NCBI GenBank assembly: GCA_012295275.1
Contig: CM022674.1
Location: 16,678,001 to 16,742,000, forward strand
DNA: 64,000 nt
Reading direction: 5' to 3'
From: Chrysomallon squamiferum
Taxonomy: Eukaryota; Animalia; Mollusca
In this document: positions 30,241-47,720 of the stretch, piece by piece
Position numbering within the stretch: the stretch's first letter is position 1
How the letters are laid out: each line of letters opens with the position of its first letter
Program-made: the position numbers and the translations under genes
Notes under the pieces: generated by a model
What the model was told of the DNA's origin: nothing
What the model saw: the letters and a program-made list of their open reading frames with translations, nothing else
The model's database searches: none

Positions 30241-31191
30241 AAGATCTGAGCATATTTCTCAAAAACAATATTGCAATCAGGCAAAATACATTAAAGGAAC
30301 AAGTTATATCAGACTGTGTTACAGATGTGTATGGTTATCTTTCCATTACATTTTGAAGTTCATTGTTACGTGAGATTTTTATTATAAGGCAATGTATAAT
30401 TAATTATATTGCTGACATTAAATGGGTCATGTGTAGTTATATATAATAGTGGTTTAATGACCACGTAGATTTAAATCATATGGGTACAGGTGCACACACA
30501 CACACACACACACACAATTATTGGTAACTGAAAACCTCTTTTTTTTCGTTCGTACAATTATCATGTAGATAAAAGGATTGTTGGTAAATTTAGACTCACT
30601 GACTATTCAGTTATTTTATATATCTAAATGTCAGTCACTATCTTGCTTACTCACACTGATGCACTGAAGGAACGGAAAACAATTTAATTTACAAATTTCA
30701 TTTCCTTTGTTACTTTTCCTCATATAAATGATTACTGCTTGACAGTCACATAAAAAAAAAAAAGTTAGTTGGGCATAATTACATGCAAGCCATTTATGAA
30801 AATGAATATTACTCGTAGTCATGCAAAAAGAGTTCTGTCAAAGATATCCACGATTAAGAAAAGAAATACTATGTTTTTATTTATATTTAATATTTATCTT
30901 ATTTCTATTGATTTATGTATATGATCTTCTATCACTGTATTATATCAAATGCTATTATAATTTTTATGATATATTTTAGATAGCGAAAAAGACCTGTAAC
31001 TTAACTGATCTAAAGGTTGATATATATCGATAAACAAACCGATTAGAAAGAAATATACATAGATACGGACAGACAGACAGACAGATCAGTGGTTGAAATG
31101 CTTTGCTGTTATTATTTTTATTAGTATTATTTTATTATTTTTATTAGTATTAATAAAATAGTGTCTTATATGCATTAATATATTTATGTGT

Positions 31192-31296
31192 AGCCTCCCT
31201 TATAACCACTAGCACATGCGTTTCCATTGTCCTCTGTAGAGAATCTCATACCATTGTGACGAAAGTTATCTGTTACAGTGTTTATCAGGGCATCAC
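31192..31296 (-). pseudogene. Truncated FReD last-exon fragment (with intron Tc1 relic at ~31530-31800)
   Basis: GDALINTVTDNFRHNGMRFSTEDNGNACASGYKGG, then the match ends. Mirror of 3034-3138. Confidence 0.85.
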
Positions 31297-31835
31297 CTAC
31301 AAGTAAACATTCTATAATTATCAGAATCACATTCGTGTCAATCAGTTTTCTAACATAAAACACCCGTATCAACGACTACGACTACGATGATGAGACTATT
31401 CTTTAAACGTAAGGTTTAAAATTAGTTTAATGTTTGTTCCTTTCAGTGAGGTAACCGTTATAAATCTCATGTTTTATCTACATGTTTAAATGTGGTACTC
31501 CTTTGTGAGCTTGAGACAGTTTTATTTATTTCATATTTTCTGTCCTCCTTTTAACCGATTTCTCAGTGTCGTGTAGAAAATAGAGCTCAGTTCTAACAAC
31601 TATTGTTTCAAAGATGTGGTTCAGACCCATGAACGACATCTAACTGGTCTCTGCAATTTTCTCTCCTCTCTCATTGTTGTCTTAGAGGGTCTTTGATGTT
31701 TGGACGATCTTTAAAAACCTGTTTTTAAAGATCTGCGTTTTGTTTAACAGTCTTGAAATGATGCGTATACTGCGCGCAAGTTCACATCCAAATATAGAAA
31801 TATAAAACTGGATTTCAAATGTGACTTACGTAATT

Positions 31836-31908
<73 letters not shown>

Positions 31909-32092
31909 GGAGTTTGAATTCATCATAAAAACACTTGTTCTAAACAAAAGTTATGGTCTCTACTGACAAAGAAATATTTAATATTAATTAAATATGTTAT
32001 GCGCTTTGATTTACATGAAAGAGAAAAGAAAGTAGAAGGTTTTGTCGATCCTGTCTTCTTCTTCGTATTATTATTATTATCATTATTATAAG

Positions 32093-35476
<3,384 letters not shown>

Positions 35477-35969
35477 ATAAAGTAAAATGAAAATTTTATA
35501 TTAATAACTTGTTGGTCATCCTAGCGATATTAGCAAATTTAGAAATAGCTTTATCATTACAGCAACGTTAGTAGTAGTTGTAGTAATAATATAAGTTATA
35601 GTCGTGTAGTAGTAGTAGGAGCACCAATAGAATAAGTAGAAATGTTGATGGTAATGATCGTAGTCCTAGCAGTGGAAGTTCTACCAGCAATAATAATGAT
35701 AACATTCACAGCAGCAGCATAATCGTCTTGGTGATAGAGGCAGTTTTGGTTGCTGTGGAAATTATAGAACTAATATGTTAATAGTTGTACTTTTTGTACT
35801 TTTTGTAATTCTACAAGTGATTGTTGTAGTGGTAGTTGTACTTTTTGTAGCTCTACAAGTGATTGTTGTAGTGGTAGTCGTAGGAGTAATTTGTTTTATG
35901 CACGTTCGTGGAATGCTCACCGTCATCCATCTGACCTAATATCTTTAATATTTCCACAAAATACTGTAT

Positions 35970-36008
<39 letters not shown>

Positions 36009-36237
36009 TTTGATTTATTTATTTGATTTGATTTGATTTGATTGTTTATTTCAGGTTAAAATCAATATGAAAAGAAAAGTACATGATTGTAATATTATTA
36101 TATGTTAACATGTCTGTTTCAAGAAGGATCTTCACGTGGACATTCTCTGACATTTTTTATCTTTATGTCCATGGAATCAACGTGAACGTCAAAATAATAA
36201 CAATAACAATAATAATAATAATAATAAATAATAAATA

Positions 36238-36302
<65 letters not shown>

Positions 36303-36311
36303 ATAAATGAA

Positions 36312-36342
<31 letters not shown>

Positions 36343-37073
36343 AAAACAACAACAAAGGGAACAACATAGAGGTATGTTTGCTCGTGGGACCTTAGCACTT
36401 AGATGTGTGTTACAGGCGAGACGTAGGAATTACTTTCTGTTTCTGAAGGGTGATGCGGTTCAGAGAAATTAGTCTGGCATAGGTTTAAATAGAGAGAAAA
36501 ACAAATAGTTTAACTTTATTTATTTATTTGTTGTGATGAATTGTGATACCTGTATATTTTACGAAGAGTTAATGAAAATATTCTAGTCTTGTGTTTTAAC
36601 ATAATTTTACACTAGATATGTTAAAAAGTTAATTGGCATGTATAACACACCACTCTCAGTGTGTTCAGATTTTATCGTTTTTTTAGTTTTTACTGACAAT
36701 GAATTCAGTAACTACAAACAATGAAGTTCTTAGCTGTGGATTTTAGTTTTCTAAAATATATTTCCCATCATACCTCTGTAAAAAGAATTGATTTCACATG
36801 ATCTCTATCAGTAAGGATTCACTGGGTATTCGGAGACACTTCATCGGGGGAGCCCCACCTGTAAGTAAATTATATTAAGTTTATTATTTATTAAACATAA
36901 ACTTAGCAACTGTTTGTTTATTTAATTATGTATGACATGTAAATAAACGAAAATCAGATAAATAGATAAATTTGTATATTTGTATCATTAATTTTTACTT
37001 GTTTTATTTTTGGAGTTAATTTGTGTTTCAAATGTAAACAGATGAATTATATAGAAATAATTTTTCAAGTATA

Positions 37074-37111
<38 letters not shown>

Positions 37112-37328
37112 AATATATATTTATATAATAATAATACGCAAATCTCTAAAATAATAGCTGATGTTTTGAGACAGGATCCCAGGCTAGCTCTTATATGTGT
37201 ACTTTATGTGTGTAGTCTGTTCACAGTATGTGTGTGTGTGTATATATAGTGTGTTTGTGCGTGGTCGTTATCATGACTAGGGGATTATAAGACTATGACA
37301 ATGATTGGCAAATTTTAAACTGTGACAG

Positions 37329-37379
<51 letters not shown>

Positions 37380-37540
37380 AGATAAATAACATCAACAAAA
37401 GAACAGTTTGAGTTCATTATTTATATGCAGAATATGTCTCGTAATAATATGAAAAAATAGAAGCGGAAGTAAATTATTTACATTTTTGTGAAAACGTCAG
37501 TTAAAACAATTAAAGACGGGAGAATCAAGTTATTACGTTA

Positions 37541-37602
<62 letters not shown>

Positions 37603-37737
37603 AACAGTTTACTGATTACACTGCCTATTGACGGTAAAAGAACAAAAATAAAAGTATCTTAACAGATGCCGTCCAATTTATGCTGCTATAGGCAACATCC
37701 CCCTTGTCGCTTTCCGAATTAGAGCATGAATTTCAAA

Positions 37738-40700
37738 TTCGCCTCAACCGTCGTCTCAACTGTCGCCTCAACCCTCGTCTAAACTTCCCCTCGTCTCTCC
37801 CCTCGCCTCCCTCCCTCGTCTCAACCCTCGTCTCAATCCCCCTCAACCTCGTCTCAACCCTCGCCTCAACCCTCGTCTCAACCTCGTCTCAACCCCCCTC
37901 GTCTCAGTCTCCCTCGTCTCAACCTCGTCTCAGCCCTCGTCTCAGCCCTCGTCTCAACCTCTCGTCTCAACCCTCGTCTCAACCCTCGTCTCGCCCTCGT
38001 CTCAACCTCGTCTCAACCTCTCTCTCGTCTCTCAACCCGCCTCAACCCTCGTCTCAACCCCTCGTCTCAACCCTCGTCTCAACCCTCGTCTCAGCCCTCG
38101 TCTCCCCTCCCTCGTCTCAACCTCGTCTCAACCTCCCTCGTCTCAACCCTCGTCTCAACCCTCGTCTCAACTATCCCTCCTCGTCTCAGCCCCTCGTCTC
38201 AACCCTCGTCTCAACCCTCGTCTCAACCCCTCGTCTCAACCCTCGTCTCAACCCTCGTCTCAACCTCGTCTCAACCCAATTCTCAAGCCCTCTCAGCCTC
38301 TCGTCTCAACCCTCGTCTCGCCTCGTCTCAACCCTCGTCTCAGCCTCGCCTCAACCCTCGTCTCAACCTCGTCTCAGCCCTCGTCTCAACCCTCTCGTCT
38401 CAGCCCTCGTCTCAACCCTCGTCTCAACCCTCGTCTCTCCTCGTCTCCCTCGTCTCAGCCCTCGTCTCTCAACCTCGTCAGCCTCCCTCAACCCTCGTCT
38501 CAGCCCTCGTCTCAGCCCTCGTCTCAGCCTCGTCTCAGCCCTCGTCTCAACCTCCTCTCAACCTCGTCGCCCTCGTCTCACCCCTCGTCTCCTCCTCTCA
38601 ACCCTCCTCGTCTCAACCCTCGCCTCTCGCCTCAACGACTCGTCTCAACCTCTCGTCTCAGCCCTCGTCTCAGCCCTCGTCTCAACCCTCGTCTCAACCT
38701 CGTCTCTCAACCCTCGTCTCAGCCCTCGCCTCAACCCTCGTCTCAGCCCTCGTCTCAACCCTCGTCTCTCAACCCTCGTCTCGCCTCCTCAACCCTCGTC
38801 TCAACCCCTCGTCTCAGCCCTCGTCTCAACCCTCGTCTCCCTCGTCTCAACCCTCGCCTCAGCCCTCGTCTCAGCCCTCGTCTCAACCTCGTCTCGTCTC
38901 GTCCCTCTCGCCTCAGCCTCGTCTCAGCCCTCGCCTCAGCCCTCGTCTCAACCTCCCTCGTCTCAGCCTCGTCTCAGCCCTCGTCTCAGCCCTCGCCTCA
39001 ACCCTCGTCTCAACCTCTCAACCCTCGTCTCAGCCCTCTCAGCCTCAACCTCCTCCCTCTCTCTCAGCCCCTCGTCTCGCCCTCGTCTCAGCCCTCGTCT
39101 CGTCTCCCTCTCTCCCTCGTCTCAGCCCTCGCCCTCGTCTCAACCTCGTCTCAGCTCTCGTCCCCCTCGTCTCGCCCTCGTCTCAACCTCGTCTCAACCC
39201 TCGTCTCAGCCCTCGTCTCAACCCCTCGTCTCAGCCCCCTCGTCTCAAGCCCCCTCGCCCTCTCAGCTCGTCTCAACAGCCCGCCTCAACCCTCGCCTCA
39301 ACCTCTCGCCTCAACCTCGTCTCGCCTCGCCTCAACCCTCGTCTCAACCCTCGTCTCAACCCTCGTCTCAACCCCTCGTCTCAACCCTCGTCTCAGCCCT
39401 CGTCTCAGCCCTCGTCTCAGCCCTCGTCTCAACTTTCGCCTCGTCTCAGCCCTCGTCTCAACCCTCGCCTCAACCCTCGTCTCAGCTGTCTCTCCCTCTC
39501 GCCTCAGCCCTCGTCTCGCCTCAACCCTCGTCTCAGCCCTCGTCTCAACCTCGTCTCCTCGTCTCAGCCCTCGTCTCAACCCTCGTCTCAACCCTCTCTC
39601 GTCTCAACTCTCGTCTCTCCCTCGTCTCAACCCTCGTCTCACCCTCGTCTCAACCCTCGTCTCAACCTCGTCTCAACCCTCGTCTCAACCTCGTCTCAAC
39701 CTCGTCTCAACCCTCGTCTCCGTCCCTCGTCTCAACCTCGTCTCAACCCTCGTCTCAACCCCTCGTCTCAGCCTCGCCTCAACCTCGTCTCAAGCTCGTC
39801 TCTCGTCTCCGTCTCAACCCTCGCCCCCCTCGTCTCGCTCAACCTCGTCTCAGCCCTCGTCTCAGCCCTCGTCTCAACCCTCGTCTCAACCCTCGTCCCG
39901 TCTCAGCCCTCGTCTCCCTCGTCTCGTCTCAACTCTCGTCTCAACCCTCGTCTCAGCCCTCGTCTCAACCCTCGTCTCAACCTCGCCTCAACCCTCGTCT
40001 CAACCTCGCCTCAACCCTCGTCTCAACCCTCGCCTCAGCCCTCGTCTCAACCCTCGTCTCAACCCTCGTCTCAACCCCTCGTCTCAACCCTCGTCTCAAC
40101 CTCCTCGTCCCTCCCTCGCCCTCGTCTCACCCTCGTCTCAACCCTCGTCTCTCCTCGCCTCGTCTCACCCTCGTCTCAACCCTCGCCTCAAGCCCTCGTC
40201 TCAACCTCGTCTCAGCCCCTCGTCTCAGCCCTCGCCTCAGCCCTCGTCTCTCAACCTCGCCTCAACCCTCGTCTCAACCTCGTCGCCTCAACCCTCGTCT
40301 CAACCTCGTCTCAGCCCTCGTCTCAACCCTCGTCTCGCCCTCGTCTCAGCCCTCGCCTCAACCCTCGTCTCAAGCCCTCGTCTCAACCTCGTCTCACCCT
40401 CGTCTCAACCCCTCGTCTCACCCCTCGTCTCAACCCTCGTCTCAACCCTCCTCAACCCTCGCCTCAACCCTCGTCTCAACCCTCGTCTCAACCCTCGTCT
40501 CAACCCTCGTCTCAACCCTCGTCTCAGCCCCTCGTCTCAACCCTCGTCTCAACCCTCGTCTCAACCCTCGTCTCAACCCTCGTCTCAACCCTCGTCTCAG
40601 CCCCTCGTCTCAACCCTCGTCTCAGCCCTCGCCTCCTCTCGTCTCAGCCCTCGTCTCAGCCCTCGTCTCAGCCCTCGTCTCAGCCCTCGTCTCAGCCCTC

Positions 40701-41137
40701 GTCTCAGCCCTCGTCTCAGCCCTCGTCTCAACCCTCGTCTCAGCCTCGCTCTCAACCCTCGTCTCAACCTCGTCTCAGCCCTCGTCTCAACCCTCGTCTC
40801 ACCCTCGTCTCAGCCCCTCGTCTCAACCCTCGTCTCAGCCCTCGTCTCAGCCCTCGTCTCAACCCTCGTCTCAACCCTCGTCTCAGCCTCGTCTCGTCTC
40901 AGCCCTCGTCTCAGCCCTCGTCTCAGCCCTCGTCTCAGCCTCTCGTCTCAGCCCCTCGTCCTCGTCTCCTCGTCTAGCCCTCGTCTCAGCCCCCTCGTCT
41001 CAACCCTCGTCTCAGCCCTCGTCTCAGCCCTCGTCTCAACTCTCGTCTCAACCCTCGTCTCAACCTCGTCTCAACCCTCGCCTCAGCCCTCGTCTCAACT
41101 CTCGTCTCAACCCTCTTCGCAACTATCGTCTCAACCG
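37738..41137. repeat. 3.4-kb GC-rich 12-bp satellite (CTCARCCCTCGT)n
   Basis: Continuous aaccctcgtctc / agccctcgtctc units with frequent small indels and diverged edges. Confidence 0.97.
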
Positions 41138-41964
41138 AGGAATCAAAGACAAAAACAAAGACACGCGTGTTGACAAATCTCAAAGCTGTCTTAGTTTATC
41201 AGTCAAAACTAGCTGTATCCTAGCCGGTAATTAACGTAACTACGAAATTTAAAAAAAAAAAAAATAAAACAAATAACAAATGCCTTCAAAGGTTCGACAT
41301 GGCATTTTTTCCAGTAAAAGGGCATTAATGATGGTCAAACAGAACTTTAATTATGTGCATATATCGAAATTTAAATACAGTTTATTTACTGGTTTACAAT
41401 CATTAATACATATTTTATTTACTATCTGTCGTTGTTTATCTTTTGTTTATCTCATAACACTACATAGTCTTTGGCTTTCTCTCGGTCTCTTTGCTTTTTC
41501 TGTAGACACTTTTGTTCTCTAAATATACTTTCCCGAAGACAACTGGCAATGTCGACTAACAATGGACAGCCTTTCTCTCAGATACATGAAAAGGAAAACT
41601 TAGGCTAAATAAAAGTCATTATAAGAGACTGATGCTCATGCACTGATTGTGTTCCATCACTTTCTAAACGTCAAGAATTTTATTACATTCACACGAATTA
41701 TCTCTTCTCAGCACGACACTAAAAAATACTCTGTCTGTATAACAAGGCAAATCTCACATTGATTATACTAGTAAAGCGAATACTATCCTCCATTGTCAGT
41801 AAAACTAGAACCACAGTTGGTAGAAACAACCTTAATCACGGACTTTTTCCTGAATTTATTATTGATCTATCTTAATAACCTGTTTTTAAACGTTTATAAT
41901 CTAATATAATCTTCATTGTTTAATGTGGATTAGTATTAAACAATATTAAATACATCATGAATAT

Positions 41965-43297
41965 GGTTTACTATTTCCAGCACTACTATTACCATTTCCA
42001 GTACTATTATTATTAGTAGCCCTACTACTTCCAGTAATACTACTATTATTACTTCCAATACTTTTTCCAGCACCAATACTAATATTACAGTTATACTATC
42101 CCTTCTATATGCAATATTACAATTATTACTAGCTCTACTATTTCCACAACTATTATTACTATTATTACCAGCCCTACCATTTCCAATACTACTATTATTA
42201 CTAGCCCTACTATTTCCAATACTACTATTATTACTAGTCCTACTATTTCCAGTACTACTATTATTATTAGCCATAATATTTCGAGTACTACTACTATTAT
42301 TACTAGCCCTACAATTTGCACAACTATTATTACTAACCCTACTGTTTCCATTACTACAATTATTACTAGTTCTACTATTTCCAATACTACTATTATTACT
42401 AGCCCTACTATTTCCAATACTACTATTAGTATTAGCCATACCATTTCCAGTACAACTATTATTAGTAACCCTACTATCCAGTACTACTATTATTACTAGC
42501 CCTACTATTTCCAGTACTACTATTATTATTAGCCATAATATTTCGAGTACTACTACTATTATTACTAGCCCTACAATTTCCACAACTATTATTACTAACC
42601 CTACTGTTTCCATTACTACAATTATTACTAGTTCTACTATTTCCAGTACAACTACTATTATTACTTCCACTACTTTTTCCAGCACTAATATTACAGTTAT
42701 TACTAACCCTACTATATCCATTACTACAATTATTACTAGCTCTACTATTTCCACAACTATTATTACTATTATTACCAGCCCCACTATTTCCAATACTACT
42801 ACTATTACTAGCCCTACTATTTCCACACGTATTATTAGTATTATTACTAGTTTTAGTATTTCCATTACTACTATTATTACTAGCTCTATTATTTCCACAA
42901 CTATTATTACTAACCCTACTATTTCCAGTACTACTACTATTATTACTAGCCCTACAATTTCAAATACTACTATCACTGTTATTACTAGCCCTACTGTTTC
43001 CAGTACTACTACTATTATTATTATTACTAGCCCTACTATTTCCAGTACTACTATTATTACTAGCTCTACCATTTCCAGTACTACTATTATTACTAGCTGT
43101 ACCATTTCCAATACTACTATTATTATTATTATTACTAGCACTACAATTTCCAGTTCCACTGTTTTTAGCTTACTATATCCAAAGAAGTACTACTATTAAT
43201 ATTCCTACTATTTCCAGCACTACTATTATTACTAGCCCTACTATTTCCAGTACTACTATTATTACTAACCGTACTCTTTCTAGTACTACTATTATTA
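41965..43297 (-). repeat. About 30-33-bp minisatellite array, left arm of a foldback palindrome
   Basis: actactattattactagccctactatttcca units; reverse complement of the 43930-46068 array. Confidence 0.92.
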
Positions 43298-43464
43298 CAT
43301 TTATCTAACTTATCTTGATGTTCCACTAATTTACCTTAATTACCTGATGACTGACATCACCTGGAATGAGAAAGGAAAGTTAAATTATCCGAGCGGAGCA
43401 AGGATTTGAACTCCAAGCAGCGAGCGTAGGTAGTGTGAACCCTAACCACGACACCATCCGATCT
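43298..43464 (-). mobile_element. tRNA-derived SINE-like head and body
   Basis: Minus strand GGATGGTGTCGTGGTTAGGG...GGAGTTCAAATCC: A-box-like 43456-43446 and B-box-like 43413-43402 at tRNA-like spacing. Partial inverted copy with B box GAGGTCGAATCC at 43809-43820. Confidence 0.55.
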
Positions 43465-43929
43465 CGGACGACCGCCATCCGAAAAGAACTTCTAGTCAAT
43501 CCTGCGATCGATGTTGTGCAATCGATTTGGAGTTACCTCCCAACATGGCGATTATCTGTAGAAGCCGCCATTTTCGGAATTTCCATAATATCCTGCAATA
43601 CTATAAGAATTATATAACTTCCGGGAATAATGACATCATGTTTATTTTTAGAAACTATGTAATGCAATTATTTTATTTTTATATAAATGTTTATTTGATT
43701 AAATATTTTATTGTATATGCTAAATATTAACGAATGTGTGGATTTGTATTTAAAATAGTCAGATAAAATAAAATGAAAATGACGGCTTCTGCAGATAATC
43801 GCTGCTTCGAGGTCGAATCCTCGCAAGCTCGGATAATTTACATTTGATTTCTCATTCCAGGTGATGTCGATAATTAAAGTAAGTTCAGGTGGATATCAAG
43901 GTAAGTTAGGTAAACGTCAAGAGTAGAAG

Positions 43930-46068
43930 AGTTAGTAATAATAGTAGTACTGGAAATAGTAGGGCTAGTAATAAGAGCAGTGGAAATGGTAGAGCTATTA
44001 ATAATAAAAGTACTAGTACTAGTATTAGTAGTAGTGGTAATGGAAATAATAGGGCTACTAATAATTTTAATACTAGTACTGGGAAATTTATCGGAAGTAA
44101 TAATAGTACTACTAAAAATAGTAAGAGTAGTGCTGGAAATAGAAGGTTAGTAATACTAGTAGTATTGGAAACAGTAGGGTTAGTAATAACAGTAGTAGTA
44201 ATGAAAATAGTAGGGCAAGTAATAATAGTAATAATAGTTGTGGAAACAGTAGGGCAAGTAATAATAGTAATAATAATAGTAGTATTGGAAATAGTGGGGC
44301 TAGTAATAATAGTAGTAGTACTGGAAATAGTAGGGCAAGTAATAATAGTAATAATAGTTGTGGAAACAGTAGGGCTTGTAATAATTGAGTAGTAATAATA
44401 GTAGTATTGGAAATAGTGGGGCTAGTAATAATAGTAGTAGTAATGGAAAGAGTAGGGCTAGTAATAATAGTTGTGGAAATAGGAGAGCTAGTAATAATAG
44501 TAGTAATGGAAATAGTAGGGCTAGTAATAATAGGAATAATAGTTGTGTAAATAGTAGGGCTAGTAATAATAGCTGTGTAAATAGTAGTGCTAGTAATAAC
44601 ATTATTAGTATTGGAAATAGTAGGGCTAATAGTAATAATAGTTGTGGAAATAGTAGGGCTAGTAATAATAGTAATAATAGTTGTGGAAACAGTAGGGCTA
44701 GTAATAATTGAGTAGTAATAATAGTTGTGGAAATAGTAGGGCTAGTAATAGTAGTAGTAATGGAAATAGTAGGGCTAGTAATAATTGCAATATTAGGGCT
44801 GGAAAATGTATTGGAAGTAATAATAGTAATACTGAAAATACTAAGAGTAGTGCTGAAAATAGGACGGCTAGTAATAATAGTAGTATAGGAAATAGTAGCG
44901 CTAGTAATAATAGTAGTATTGGAAATAGTGGGGCTAGTAATAATAGTAATAGTAATGGAAAGAGTAGGGCTAGTAATAATGGAAATAGTAGGGCTAGTAA
45001 TAAATAGTTATTGGAAATAGTAGGGCTAGTAATAATAGTTCTGGTAAGTGGAGTAAAGTAGGGTAGGGTAATAGTAATAATAGTTAGTGGAAATAGTAGG
45101 GCTAGTAATAATAGTAGTATTGGAAATAGTAGGGCTAGTAATAATAGTAGTATTGGAAATAGTGGGGCTAGTAATAATAGTAGTATTGGAAATAGTAGGG
45201 CTAGTAATAATAGTTGTGGAAATAGTAGGGCTAGTAATAGTAGTAGTATTGGAAATAGTAGGGCTACTAATAATTGTAATAATAGTTGTCGAAATAATAG
45301 GGCTAGTAATAATAGTAGTATTGGAAACAGAAGGGCTAGTAATAATAGTAGTATAGGAAATAGTAGGGCTAGTAATAATAGTAGTATTGGAAATAGTAGG
45401 GCTAGTAATAATAGTTCTGGTAATAGTAGGTCTAGTAATAATTGTAGTACTGGAAATACTAGGGCTAATAGTAATACTAGTTGTGGAAATAGTAGGGCCA
45501 GTAATAATAGTAGTATTGGAAATAGTAGGGCTAGTAATAATAGTTGTATTGGAAATGGTAGGGCTAGTAATAATAGTAGTATTGGAAATAGTAGGGCTAG
45601 TAATAATAGTTGTGGAAATAGTAGTGCTAGTAATAGTAGTAGTAATGGATATAGTAGGGCTAGTAATAATAGTAATAATAGTTGTCGAAATAGTAGGGCT
45701 AGTAATAATAGTAGTATTGGAAACAGAAGGGCTAGTAATAATAGTAATAATAGTTGTGGAAATAGTGGGGCTAGTAATAATAGTAGTATTGGAAATAGCA
45801 GGGCTAGTAATAATAGTAATAATAGCAGTGGAAATGGTAGACCCTGCTAATAAAAGTACTAGTAGTAGTGGTAATGGAAATAGCAGGGCTACTAATAATT
45901 GTAATACTAGTACTGGGAAATGTATTGGAAGTAATAATAGTAGTACTGAAAATAGTAAGAGTAGTGCTGGAAATATAAGGGTTTGTAATAATAGTAGTAG
46001 TAATGGAAATAGTAGGACTTGTAATAATTGTAGTAGTAATTGAAATGGTAGGGCTAGTAATAATAGTA
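43930..46068 (+). repeat. About 30-33-bp minisatellite array, right arm of a foldback palindrome
   Basis: tggaaatagtagggctagtaataatagtagt units. Confidence 0.92.
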
Positions 46069-46459
46069 TAAAACTATGTGTGTGTGGTTGTAGGCATGAT
46101 GCCACTTCGCACGTAAATATGTATGTATCTGTGCAAGTACGTACGTATGTATGTATGTGTGAAGATATTTAAGTAGGTAGGTAGGTTATTAATGTAAGTA
46201 TAATAGTCTATATGGACGGGTACATAGATATATTTAAATACAGCGTAGGAAGAATCAGTTTCTAAAATCTTCAGTACAACCACAGTAACAGAAATGATCA
46301 TTATTAAATAATGTATAGCCATCTCTTTGACAGAATAGTAACAATAATTAATGGTTTACGTTTTTCATATTTACATCTTTCTTATTATTTTTCTTATTAA
46401 TTTCATCGTCATTATCGTCGCATCATCATCATCTTGTTGTCTAACGTTTTTCACTGATC

Positions 46460-47720
46460 AAGTTGAATTACTGGGAAAAAGTCAGTCTGGCTTTCGATAA
46501 GATTACTCTACAACTGATAACGTTTTTATAGTACAAACTTTATTTGAATTAGTAAAGAGAACGAAGAAAAGTATATACTATTCTTTTATCGATTTTCAAA
46601 AGGTGTTTGAATCTGTAGGGCCTATTCATTTATGGCAAAAGATATCGCGATACTAATGGGAAATGTTTCAGAATAATATCTAAAATATACGACGGTATAA
46701 AATCAAGAATTGTACATGACAGCAGTATATCAGAATATTTTTTAGGCAATATTGGAATAAGGCAAGGAGAGAACTTTCACATTTTTTATTTCCATTATAT
46801 TTAAACAGGTAAAAATATGTACTGTGTTTTTATAGATGTTTTAGAAACCTTTCATTGTGTATAACCTTTTGTTTCATGACAGTAGCTATTAAGTTACGAT
46901 ATTAATAGGAAATGTTTCAGAAAGACAATTAATATGTACGACGGTATAAAATCAAGAACTGTACATAACAGCAATACTGGAATAAGGCAAGGAGAAATAA
47001 TTAAATAATTTTAGCACAATGTTTAGCAACAGAAGACTTACAACATCAACTACAATGTTTTGAAGTATATCCTAAAACATGGAAATTAAGAGATTCTACT
47101 CCAAACTGAAAAATTAAGATTTTTTCCAGAGGCAATTTAAAAACAAATACCTATAGATTTACATATAATAATATGGAAATATAAACTGATACTGATGTTA
47201 AATACCTCGACCTTGTTTTAAGTAAATCTGGATCCTTCATAAATATTAAGAAAGATTTATTCAACTTAGCTTCAAAGTAAAAGTTTGCTATATTAAAAAC
47301 AAAATTTACAATTTAATATATCAATGAACTGTCAGATATGCTTGCCTAGATTTATAAAACCAATAATATTCTATGGCTGTGAAATCTGGGGTTTTAGTAA
47401 TTACAATATTATTGAAAGATTTCATCTAACATTTTGCAAATATATATTATGTGTTAAGAAGTGAACAAAAAGCATTGTGGTTTATAGTGAATTAGGGAGG
47501 TGATTACATTTTGGGCAAACGTTGTTAACCGTAAAGCGTACAAATTGCCTAGTGTACTGTACATGTTGTTACATATTACAACAGTATAAATGCCAAATCA
47601 AGTCCTCGGTTTTTTTCCATAAAAGGTATACTAAACAAACATATACAAACATGTGTAATATTTATTCATGTGTCCCAGTGAATGGTTTCTAGTTAAAACA
47701 TTCTGTTGAAAGATATACGT
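46460..47720 (+). mobile_element. Degenerate non-LTR retrotransposon (RTE/RTE-X-like) reverse transcriptase relic
   Basis: LLGKSQSGFR*DYSTTDNVFIV..FIDFQKVFESV..LWQK, GIRQGE, KPIIFYGCEIWG..IERFHLTFCKYILCVK..VYSELGR, with many stops and frameshifts. Confidence 0.85.

Noticed and set aside
37704-41234. 1176-aa ORF
   Set aside because: Artefact of a 12-bp satellite with almost no stop codons; it drifts among the three repeat phases through indels and shows no domain.
43389-43464. Functional tRNA gene
   Set aside because: A/B boxes are present but there is no convincing cloverleaf or acceptor stem; treated as SINE-like.
41936-46105. Long hydrophobic or Ser/Asn/Thr-rich ORFs on both strands
   Set aside because: Translations of the ~33-bp minisatellite in several frames; no splice or domain evidence.
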